Positions 1-14,954 of a DNA stretch of 64,000 bases are shown in pieces. The first letter of the stretch is position 1; the number at the start of each line of letters is the position of its first letter. This stretch comes from Piromyces finnis finn (taxonomy: Eukaryota > Fungi > Neocallimastigomycota): the NCBI GenBank assembly GCA_002104945.1, contig MCFH01000013.1, positions 248,001 to 312,000 of the forward strand. The letters are read 5' to 3'. The position numbers were made by a program, and so were the translations under genes. Under the pieces are notes generated by a model. It searched no databases. It was not told the DNA's origin and saw only the letters and a list, made by a program, of their open reading frames with translations.

Positions 1-1915
1 ACATTGAATTCAGTCAAAGTCAATTATTAGGAGATGATATTACTACTGAAGATTTAATTAATGTCATTATGGAAGGTTCATCTTCAGCTCCAGTTGCTGC
101 ACCAGTTGCTGCACCAGTTGTCGCTCCAGTTGTTGCTCAATCATTTGTTGCTCCAGCTCCAGTTTCTGTTCCAGTTTCTGCCCCAGTTGCTGTTCAACCA
201 AGATCATTCCAACCAACCCCAGTTGCTTCTGTTCAACCAAGAGTTGCTCCAGTTCCAGTTACTGCTTCAGCTCCAGTTGCCCCAGTTGCTGCTGCTAAGC
301 CATCTAGTGGTCTCAACAAGGGTAAATTAACTAAGGATATCTCTGAAAAGCTACAAAGTATGTTAGGTTTAATTGATGAAGAAATTGATGTTACTATTCC
401 ACTTCGTGTCTATGGTTTAGATTCCTTAACTGCTATGGAATTAACCAAATGGATTGAAAGTGAAATGAATATTGAATTCAGTCAAAGTCAATTATTAGGA
501 GATGATATTACTACTGAAGATTTAATTAATGTTATTATGGAAGGTTCATCTTCAGCTCCAGTTGCTGCACCAGTTGCTGCACCAGTTGTCGCTCAATCAT
601 TTGTTGCTCCAGCTCCAGTTTCTGTTCCAGTTTCTGCCCCAGTTGCTGTTCAACCAAGATCATTCCAACCAACTCCAGTTGCCTCTGTTCAACCAAGAGC
701 TGCTCCAGTTCCAGTTGCTGCTTCAGCTCCAGTTGCCCCAGTTGCTGCTGCTAAGCCATCTAGTGGTCTCAACAAGGATAAATTAACTAAGGATATCTCT
801 GAAAAGTTACAAAGTATGTTAGGTTTAATTGATGAAGAAATTGATGTTACTATTCCACTTCGTGTCTACGGTTTAGATTCCTTAACTGCTATGGAATTAA
901 CCAAATGGATTGAAAGTGAAATGAACATTGAATTCAGTCAAAGTCAATTATTAGGAGATGATATTACTACTGAAGATTTAATTAATGTCATTATGGAAGG
1001 TTCATCTTCAGCTCCAGTTGCTGCACCAGTTGCCGCTCCAGTTGTTGCTCAATCATTTGTTGCTCCAGCTCCAGTTTCTGTTCCAGTTTCTGCCCCAGTT
1101 GCTGTTCAACCAAGATCATTCCAACCAACTCCAGTTGCCTCTGTTCAACCAAGAGCTGCTCCAGTTCCAGTTACTGCTTCAGCTCCAGTTGTCCCAGTTG
1201 CTGCTGCTAAGCCATCTAGTGGTCTCAACAAGGATAAATTAACTAAGGATATTTCTGAAAAGTTACAAAGTATGTTAGGTTTAATTGATGAAGAAATTGA
1301 TGTTACTATTCCACTTCGTGTCTACGGTTTAGATTCCTTAACTGCTATGGAATTAACCAAATGGATTGAAAGTGAAATGAACATTGAATTCAGTCAAAGT
1401 CAATTATTAGGAGATGATATTACTACTGAAGATTTAATTAATGTCATTATGGAAGGTTCATCTTCAGCTCCAGTTGCTGTTCCAGCTGTTGCTCCAGCAC
1501 CAGTTGCTGCCCCAGTTGCTGTTCAACCAAGATCATTCCAACCAACTCCAGTTGCCGCTCCAATAACTGTAGTATCTGCTCCTGTAGTTGCTCCAACCCC
1601 AATTAGATCAATCCAACCAACTCCAGTCGTTGCTCCAGTCGTTGCCCCAGTTGCCGCTGCTAAGCCATCTAGTGATCTCAACAAGGATAAATTAACTAAG
1701 GATATCTCTGAAAAGTTACAAAGCATGTTAGGTTTAATTGATGAAGAAATTGATGTTACTATTCCACTTCGTGTCTACGGTTTAGATTCCTTAACTGCTA
1801 TGGAATTAACCAAATGGATTGAAAGTGAAATGAATATTGAATTCAGTCAAAGTCAATTATTAGGAGATGATATTACTACTGAAGATTTAATTAATGTTAT
1901 TATGGAAGGTTCATC
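1..1915 (+). repeat. Coding tandem repeat, about 453-468 bp unit (ACP + linker)
   Basis: The ATGGAAGGTTCATCTTCAGCTCCAG anchor recurs at 69, 537, 993, 1449 and 1902. The ACP-coding parts are nearly identical at nucleotide level. Confidence 0.95.
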
Positions 1916-2471
1916 TTCAGCTCCAGCTGCTGTTTCAGTTGCTTCCCCAATTCAATCAAAATCATTTCAACCAGTAAGTGCAATGAATAGTATATTATCT
2001 AATAACGAAGTTATTAATACTTATTATAATGCTGCACCAATTAATAAGCCAACTACAAGTATTGCTGATAGTGACAGTACAGTTGATGCATCTATCGGCA
2101 GCCAATATAATGAAACCATTATTACTGACAATTTAAATAAAACTCAAGTTGTCACTGGAAATAAACAAGAAATTATAAAAAATTTAAAGAATGAAGTTAT
2201 TACCAAATTACAAGATTTATTAGGATTAGTAGATGAAGAAATAGATGTTAACGTTCCATTACAAGTTTATGGTTTAGATTCTTTAACTTCAATGGAAATT
2301 GTTAAATGGATTGAAAATGATAAGAATGTTGATCTTCCACAAACTGCATTATTAAATAGTGAAATCACAACAGAAGAACTTATTAATATGATTGCAACTA
2401 AGATTGTTGGTGAAGATACCATTAAAGCACCATCCTACGATCAATATATGGGCAATGAATTATTTATTTAA
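1..2471 (+). CDS. 3' end of a polyketide synthase/FAS-type megasynthase with tandem acyl carrier protein (ACP) domains; 5' part lies outside the window
   Basis: The reading frame is open from the left edge (frame of nt 3, IEFSQSQLLGDDITTEDLINVIM) to TAA at 2469-2471. The ACP motif YGLDSL, containing the phosphopantetheine Ser, has Ser codons at 423, 879, 1335, 1788 and 2280. The C-terminal end of one more ACP copy occupies about 1-70. Copies are separated by Ala/Pro/Val-rich linkers. Confidence 0.88.
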   Translation, partial: IEFSQSQLLGDDITTEDLINVIMEGSSSAPVAAPVAAPVVAPVVAQSFVAPAPVSVPVSAPVAVQPRSFQPTPVASVQPRVAPVPVTASAPVAPVAAAKPSSGLNKGKLTKDISEKLQSMLGLIDEEIDVTIPLRVYGLDSLTAMELTKWIESEMNIEFSQSQLLGDDITTEDLINVIMEGSSSAPVAAPVAAPVVAQSFVAPAPVSVPVSAPVAVQPRSFQPTPVASVQPRAAPVPVAASAPVAPVAAAKPSSGLNKDKLTKDISEKLQSMLGLIDEEIDVTIPLRVYGLDSLTAMELTKWIESEMNIEFSQSQLLGDDITTEDLINVIMEGSSSAPVAAPVAAPVVAQSFVAPAPVSVPVSAPVAVQPRSFQPTPVASVQPRAAPVPVTASAPVVPVAAAKPSSGLNKDKLTKDISEKLQSMLGLIDEEIDVTIPLRVYGLDSLTAMELTKWIESEMNIEFSQSQLLGDDITTEDLINVIMEGSSSAPVAVPAVAPAPVAAPVAVQPRSFQPTPVAAPITVVSAPVVAPTPIRSIQPTPVVAPVVAPVAAAKPSSDLNKDKLTKDISEKLQSMLGLIDEEIDVTIPLRVYGLDSLTAMELTKWIESEMNIEFSQSQLLGDDITTEDLINVIMEGSSSAPAAVSVASPIQSKSFQPVSAMNSILSNNEVINTYYNAAPINKPTTSIADSDSTVDASIGSQYNETIITDNLNKTQVVTGNKQEIIKNLKNEVITKLQDLLGLVDEEIDVNVPLQVYGLDSLTSMEIVKWIENDKNVDLPQTALLNSEITTEELINMIATKIVGEDTIKAPSYDQYMGNELFI

Positions 2472-3828
2472 GACCAATGCTTTTCTAAAGATATTTAATA
2501 TATAATAGAATATATTTCAAAAATTTTAAACATATCCAACAAAAAAAAAATAATAAAAGTAAAAAAAAAATATTTCATATATTTAATACCCAATTTAAAA
2601 TTAATATACAAAATAATCTATAGAACAACATATCAATTTTATTAAAAAGAAAAGATAAATTCCACAAAAGAAAAATTAATTATCAAAGTTAACAATCAAA
2701 AAGCAAATGATTCTAATTTTATTATTATTTATTTTAATTCTTTTTTGATGATCATTTTTACATATTATCAGGGGAAAAAAAGTTTTTTTTTTTTTTTTTT
2801 AAACGATAAAAGAAAATTTACAAAAGAAATCCCAATAAATTCTAGCCATTATTTTTTAATAAACTTTACAAAATAGAAGGAAAAAAATTATTTATATATT
2901 ATAATAGTATCGAAATATTATGTATAGTGTATAAATAAATTTTTTATATTTATAGAAATGGATTATATCATATAAGTTAAAGAATAAACTATTATATTAA
3001 ATGATATATACTTGTTATTATATATATATTAAAGAAAAAGAATAACCAAAAAAAAAAAAAAGTTTTAAAAAATTACGAAAATATCAAAAATAGAAAAATG
3101 AATATAAAGTGAAAAAAAAAAAAAGGAAACTATTATTACAAAAAAAGCACATAATTTATAAAAAAAAAAAAGAAAAAAGGAACAAACATCTATCATATTA
3201 CAACAACAAAATATTTAAACAACCTATATATTATAGAAAATGAAAATAGAGATTTAAATTATTATTAAAACATAAGATTTTATTATGTTTTTCATTATTT
3301 ATAAAATAATTTATAAAAAAGATTTTTTTTTTTTTTTAGATTTTTGTTTAAAAATATTATGTTTATATTAGAAAAAAAAAAAAAAAAAGATAAAAAATTT
3401 GATGAGTTGATAAAAGTATAATATAAAAAATAGTATTTTTAATGAAATTTAAAAAAAAAAAAAGAAATATTAGTAAAAAATAAAAAATATAAAAAAAAAA
3501 AAAAATTACAATTTTATTTTTGTGTGTTCAATAGCTAAAAAAAATTAATTTAGAAAAAAAAAAAGTGAAACTTTTTGTTTCAAAATAAGTAGGCATTATT
3601 AAAGTAGGCATTTAATTTTTTTTATTTTTTTTTAAAAAAAATGTTATCTTTTTTTGGTCTAATTATTTTTTTTTTTAATTTAAATTTTTTTTTATTTAAT
3701 TTTTTTAAAGATTAATTTTGATAGATTTTTAGTTTTAAAAAAACTATTTTTTTTTTTTTTTTTAAATTGATTGTAATTATTTTATTAATATCTTTTTTTT
3801 ATTTATTTTTGATAGAATTGGTAAGGTG

Positions 3829-3860
<32 letters not shown>

Positions 3861-4280
3861 TATATAAAATATATTGGGTTATTCTATAAAAGATATTATG
3901 AAAAAAAAAAAAAAAACTTTTTTTTTTCAATTTTAATATTTCTAATTTTTTTTTTTTTTTTTTTATTAATTTATATTTATAAATATATATGTATAAAATT
4001 AAATTGTTATATTATTTTAATAATTTTGAATATGAAAAATTTTGTACTTGAAATAGTAATGAAAAAAAAAAAAAGTAGAAAATGAAATAAAAAAAGAAAA
4101 AAAAAATGGTAACTTTAATTTATATATAAATATTCTTTTCTTTTCTTCATTCTACTTTTTTTTTTTTTTCTTCCTTTAAATAAAAAATATCTGTTACACA
4201 ATAATATATTACAGGATATTATTGTATACTACAATAAAAGAAACATTAATGTTTTTTAAATGTTTTTTTGTTTTCTGTTT

Positions 4281-6187
4281 TTACATTACTATACAACATC
4301 CAGCTTCACTGTTCTTCTTTGAACTATGCTTTGAACTTTCTCTTGGAACAACTGGTCTTTGTTTTGGTAAATTTAAATCTTTAAGTTCAATATTATTATT
4401 TCTAAGTTGATTATCTTCTGATTTATTATCTGATTCTGATTCAGGTTCAGGTTCAGGTTCAGTTCTATGAAGATTTTCTTCAGCATCTAAAATATAGAAT
4501 AAATAGGTGGGTGTTTTGACAATTAATTATATATTATCTTGATAATTATTAGATAAATAATACAAATATATTAAATACATTACCATTATAACGATTAAAG
4601 AATTCAGACCAATCATTATCATGTTCAATTTTTGCCATATCATCGAGGAAACCTTTCTTTGGTGGAAGAGGTGTTCTTTCTTTTGGTGATTCTTCTGGGT
4701 GAGTTATACGTTGTTCAGCTAAATAAGCACGACGAATTATAATTTTTTCTTCTTCAATCTTTCTTCTACGAGTATCGATTTCTTGTTGTTGCTTTAGTAT
4801 TTCCATAGCTTCTTCTAATTCTTTTTGCTCTTGTTCTAACTTTTTTCTTTCTTCCATAAGTTTTCTTCTTTCAGCTTCAACATCAAATGACATTTTCTTA
4901 TATTCTTCATTATTTATATTATTGATTTGTCCATTTTCTCCATAAAGTTGTTGAAGTTGTTCTTCCTTTTGTAAGAGAAGGGTTCTTCTTTTTTCGTTAT
5001 TTTTATTTCTTTCTTTAACATCTTGTGATCTTCTCATTAATTGTTGACGTTGTTGTTCCCAATTTTGAATTTCTTCAGCTTCGGCCTTTAATCTTTCTTG
5101 TCTTTCATATTCAGCTTGTTTTTCTTTTCTTTCTCTTTCTTCCTTTTCTCTACGAATCTTTTCTAATCTTTGGTTTTCTAATTCCATTTGTTTTCTGGCC
5201 TTTTGTTCTCTTTCTGCTTCACGTCTATGCTGTCTTTCTCTTTCTCTAGCTTCTTCTTCTTCTCTTTCTCTTTGTAATTGAAGTTGACGTTGTCTTTCTC
5301 TTTCTCTAGCTTCTTCTTCTTCTTTTTCTTTTTGTAATTGAATTTGACGTTGTCTTTCTCTTTCTTCTTCTTCTTCTTTTCTTCTCTTTTCTTCTGCTTC
5401 ACGTCTAGCCTTAGCTTCTAAATATTCTTCTCTTTGAGCTGGAGTCATACGTCTAATTTTTCTTTCTTCTTCTAATTGTTCAAATCTCATTTTTTGAATC
5501 TTCCATTTTTCAGCCTTTTCTTTTTCTCTTCTTTCTTCTTCTAATCTACGTTCTTCTTCTTCTCTTTGCTTTTGTAATTTTTTATCTTCTTCAATCTTCT
5601 TTTTAACTAATAAAGCTTTTTCAAAAGCTTGTTGTTCACTTCTTGCCAATTCTCTTAATCTTTCTTCTTCCTTTTGCTTTAATGTTTCTTTCTTTTGTTT
5701 TTCAAAATCATCCATATGTTGTTTTTGTTCTTTTGATTGTTCCAAATACATTTCATTTTGCATTTTTATACGACGTTGTTCTTCTAATAATTTTTCATTT
5801 TGACTTTGCATTAATTTTTCTTTAAGAATATGAGCTTTTTCATATACTTCATTTTCTCTATCTTGAATTTTTAATTGTTGTTCTCTTTCATTTTGTAAAC
5901 GTTGTTTTTTAACATTATCTTCAAAAGCTGTTAAAGCGTTAATTCTATCACTGTTACCAGCTTCTCTGAGTTTTTGACGTTCGTTTTCGACGTTAACTGG
6001 AGAATCTGGTCTCATCATAACTAAAGGTGAAGCTGGTCTACTATTATTACTTGGTGAAAACTTTTATTAAAATAAAATAAATATATATATATTAAAATAA
6101 TTTATTAATTAATCCTTTGCTCATTATAATTAAGGTAATTTATTAATTAATTTTTTCTTATTATAATGTAATTTAAATCTTTACCAT
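4281..6187 (-). CDS. Glu/Arg/Lys-rich helical (coiled-coil/SAH-like) protein with C-terminal CaaX box, about 561 aa
   Basis: Extends ORF 4549..6018. The proposed exons are ATG only at 6187-6185, then 6060-4584, then 4486-4281, with GT-AG introns in consistent phase. The last exon reads ...KKNSEAGCCIVM*. The ATG-only first exon is inferred. Confidence 0.75.
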
Positions 6188-8059
6188 TTTATTATAATAT
6201 AAAAATTTCTATTTTTTTTTTAAATTGAATAATTTATATAATTGATTAATTCGAATTTATTTCAATTAATAATTATTAAAAATAAAAAATTGTTATTGTT
6301 TGCTAAAAATATAAATAATATATATTCTGGGATTTATATTATAAAATATATGTTAGAATTTCTATATTTAATGTTAAGAATTTAACAATTATTTTATATA
6401 TTATATAAAGAATAGCAATTACTTACTTTTAAATTTTTTAAAGACTTTCAATTCTTTTAATTTTATAATATATTTCAATATACTTACAATTTAATTCTTT
6501 ATTTTTATTTTATTGTTTTATTATTTTGTTGCTTTGTGTATATTATGTTTTTATTAACTTTGGTAAATATTTTGTATTTTGTTATTATTATTATTTTTAT
6601 TTATTGTAGCTTATATTGAATTATATTTTGTTTATTATTGTTTTATTTCTATTATTACTTTTCTTTTCCCTCTTTTTTTTTTTTTTTTTTTTTTTTTATT
6701 GTGCGAATTCAAAAAAAAAAGAAAGAAAAGAAAATCCTTTGTATATTAAAGTTTAAAAAACGAATAAAAAAAGAAGTTTTTTTATGTTAAAAAAGTTTCT
6801 TTTTTTTTTTTTTAAATTTTAAATTTGTATTATTTTTTTTCTTTTAGCTTTTTATTATTATTATTTTATTTCTATAGCTTTTTTTTATTATTTTTATTAT
6901 TATTTTTTGTAATTTATTATTAATAACTAATTAAAAAAAAGAAAGATATTTCTTTTTTTAATTATTTATAAATTATTTAATCTTTAAATTACTACTTTTT
7001 TTATTTAATTTTATGTTTAAATTTTAAAAAAAAAAAAAAAAAAAAAAAAGAAAAAATTTTCTTTATATTTTTTTATATAATATTTTTAATACTAAAATTT
7101 AATTATAAAATTTTAAATATAGAGAGACAAACAACCAGAATTATTAGCCAGCAGTAATTTTTTTGTTCCTATCTATTTAGATAGAAAGTAATAATAATAA
7201 AAAAAAAAAGGTTACTCAATAAATAATATTATGTTGTGCTTCTATATAATTAAATATATTATAATATATCTATAATATATTTCATTATATTAATGTATTC
7301 TGTTAAAAAGTTAATATATAATAATTTTAAATAAAAAAATTATCATTCTATATTATAATATATTCTTATATATTATAAATATATATTATGAATATATTTA
7401 GGATAAAAATAATAATTATGTACAAATTATATTTTGTATTACATTGATCAGTTATATTAATAAATTAAAATTTAAAAAAGATTTTATAAAAAATATTTAT
7501 AGAAAATTAATATATAACAATATATTATTATTATAAAAAGTATGACTTTTCAATTAAAATATAGTTAAAAATTTCAATGATTAATATATTATAATATATA
7601 TTATTAATATAATCTAATAAAATACGTTATAAAAATAATCTATTAAAAATTATATTAAATGAGATGTAAAAATATTTTTAAAAAATTCGTGTAACACTTT
7701 AAAATATTAATAAATATTATATTATATATATAATATAATATAATTATTATAATTAAGATGAATTGAAAAATATATTGAGAAGTATATAAAAAATTAATAT
7801 AAATAAGGTTTTTGTACTATCAACTCATTTAAAATATTATTTAATAAAGTTTTTAATTACTGGTCCTTTGTTATACGTTTTAATTAAAAAAAAAATTGTG
7901 GTAAAAACTTCAAAATTTCCACATTTTGAAGGAACAAATAAAATAATTAGAATTAGAAAATTGTTCCTTAAGTTTTACTAGTGTAACGTATGTGATTATG
8001 GTAAATTATTGATAAATAATAATTTTTATACTTAATATTCATAATGTAATAGTAATCGG

Positions 8060-8210
8060 TAATAGTAATAGTAATAGTAATAGTAATAGTAATAGTAATA
8101 GTAATAGTAATAGTAATAGTAATAGTAATAGTAATAGTAATAGTAATAGTAATAGTAATAGTAATAGTAATAGTAATAGTAATAGTAATAGTAATAGTAA
8201 TAGTAATAGT
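8060..8210 (+). repeat. (AGTAAT)n hexanucleotide microsatellite
   Basis: Perfect array of about 25 units; it explains the spurious poly-Leu ORF 8039..8266. Confidence 0.95.
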
Positions 8211-8654
8211 ATTTTTTTTGCTAAAAGATTTGTTGTTAAAGTTATCCTTAGTATTTTATTCTTCAATTCTATAATAAACGAAAGATGATCTCTATATAAA
8301 CAATAAAATAGATAATAAAGGAAAAAAAAGTATTTTTTTCTTATTTTTATTTTAGTAAATTAATATGTTTAACATTATTATGCTATAAAAAAAAGAATAT
8401 CTATTTTATATAGAACTTCTTTGAGAATATCTTAAGAGTAATATTAAATATTAAAATAGAAAAATTTATTAAGAAAACAACTTTTCATATTATGAATGAA
8501 TAACCCAATTCTATTGATCTTTCTATTAATTTATTTTTATTCTTTATAATATATATAAAATCTTAAAATATGAGCTCTTTTTTTTTTTTTTTTTTTTTGA
8601 TTATTAACATTTATAAATATTATTATATAATAAGAATAATCATGAAAGTAAAAT

Positions 8655-8655
8655 A

Positions 8656-8754
<99 letters not shown>

Positions 8755-8755
8755 A
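8655..8755 (+). repeat. (TAAA)n microsatellite
   Basis: Perfect array of about 25 units. Confidence 0.95.
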
Positions 8756-9099
8756 TTAAATTTTTGTTAAAAATTTCCGTGTGTTTTAATTACTTTATAA
8801 AATAAAATTATTATCTTTTACTTTTTTAAGTCAATTATATATCTATTAATTATTTATTAAAAAAACTTTAATTAGATAGTTTGAATTTCTTTGAATTTTT
8901 ACTTTTTTAATTGCTATGTTACTATGGATTGTATACATTGAAGATAAAAAAAATATTGAGAGAAAGATAGACAGGATATTTAATTAATACCTTTTTTTCT
9001 TTTCTTTTTTATTTTTTTTTTTTAAAAATATGTAAATTATTTTTCAATATAGAAAATTCTAAGAATAAATAAAAATTCAAAAAGGAAACACCTCAAAAA

Positions 9100-13045
<3,946 letters not shown>

Positions 13046-13597
13046 ATGCTTAAAGTACTATTTTATTATTATTTATGCCATTTTTTTCTTTTCTTTTTTT
13101 TTTTTTTTTTTTTTTTCTTTTTTAAATTTTAATTATTTAATATTTAATAAAATAGAGTAAAGGTATTTTTACCAATTATTAAAATCAACATACCACTATT
13201 ATATCAAAAACTTTTTATTTATTCAACCCGATATATATCTATATATAATACATTATGAAAAATAGAATAGAAAATTAAACAAAAAACTTTATAACAAATT
13301 TAAATTTTTAAAAAAATATATTTTAAACAGTTCATTATTATTAGGCTTTTTAGTATTCATTACTATTGAAAAATAAATTAGAGCAATGGAAGACCGAAAA
13401 TTACTTAAAAAATTATAAATTAATTAATACATATTACAAGTTCATTAAAACTAATTGTAATTACAAAAAATCTATTATAATGATATTTATTGTTATTAAA
13501 ATTAGCAATATTTCTTCCAAGAAATTATATTTCATATAAATAAAAAAATAGACAAAGTTAATACATTTTAAATACAATTTATTATCCATATGTATTA

Positions 13598-13646
<49 letters not shown>

Positions 13647-14226
13647 GACTTTTAAAAAACTCTAATTTAATTCCTATTCTTTTATACATTTTACCCACAT
13701 AATTCATAATAATTATTGAAAAGTAATTATAGAAATGAATATAATTAAAGTTTTAGAGAAATCCTTCTTATTTTTTTAAAACTTAAAACTTTTAAAAATT
13801 ATTTAAAAATAAACTTTTGAAAATTTATATATTTATATAAAGTTTGTTAAATGTACATGTAAATTTGAAAAAGAAATAAGAGATAGAGTTATAAGGTGAA
13901 TAATTTTATGCATATATTTTATAAATTGACATTGAAATAAATAATAATAATAAGGTTAAAAAATGATATTTGAATTATATATTCTAGTAAAAACGAAATA
14001 ATATTAATATTAAATAATAATAATAATGTCTTTATTATTATTAATAAGTATAATACTAATCATAATCATAATAATGATAATAATATAAAAGATAATTTTA
14101 ATACTTTTAGGTTATGAAAAATTTATTATTAATAGAATATTATATTTATTATAAGAAAAAAAAACCTTTTTTTTTCTTATAAAATTAGAAATAAAATAAA
14201 TTAATATTAATAATAAAAAAAAAAAC

Positions 14227-14257
<31 letters not shown>

Positions 14258-14954
14258 ATATATATGTTAAAAGTAATGAAATTGTACTTCTAATCAATAT
14301 TGAATGTAATAAAGACTTTTCATATATTAACATTTATAAGGCATTTTTTTCATTTTTACTTTTATCAAATAATTTCAATAAAATATTGTAATATTAACTA
14401 TTTTATTATATTTCTTTGCAAAATAATTTTATAAAAACGAACATGCTAAACCATTATAATTAATACAATATTATAAAGAAATCTGGAATAAGATTTTATT
14501 ATGAAAACGAATATAAATAAAACTATATCATAATAAATTCAATAATTGAATTTTAATTTTAATTTATATACAAATATCATATTTTTGTATATATTTAATA
14601 TTGGTGAAGATAAATAATACTATTTAGTCTAGATTTTTGAAAGTTAGTTGGTACTATGAATATATATATATTCATATATAAAGCATATTATATTAGACAA
14701 ATAAAATAATATAAGATGATGATAATTCTTATTTATTATTAATATAATATTTTCATCAATCAATTTTATAATTAATTAATAATAATTAAAAAGTAAAACT
14801 CAAAAACCCTTAAACTTCTATATTCAACAATATCATCAAAGTTTACATATTATTTATATTCTATATATATATATTATACTTAATCTGCAATATATAAAAA
14901 GTTTAAAAGAAATTTAAAAAAGAAAAGAAAAATAATTAATTATCAATATATAAC

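Noticed and set aside
61-1726. L/Q-rich ORFs 61..330, 529..786, 985..1242 and 1523..1726
   Set aside because: These are alternative-frame or antisense shadows of the ACP/linker repeat.
1-1915. Regularly spaced repeats considered as a CRISPR-like or non-coding array
   Set aside because: The units are about 456 bp, in frame and protein-coding, with no unique spacers.
5025-5825. F/L-rich and K-rich ORFs overlapping the charged-helix gene
   Set aside because: They are shadows of GAA/AGA-rich codons in the real minus-strand gene.
8039-8266. Poly-Leu ORF
   Set aside because: It is a translation of the (AGTAAT)n microsatellite.
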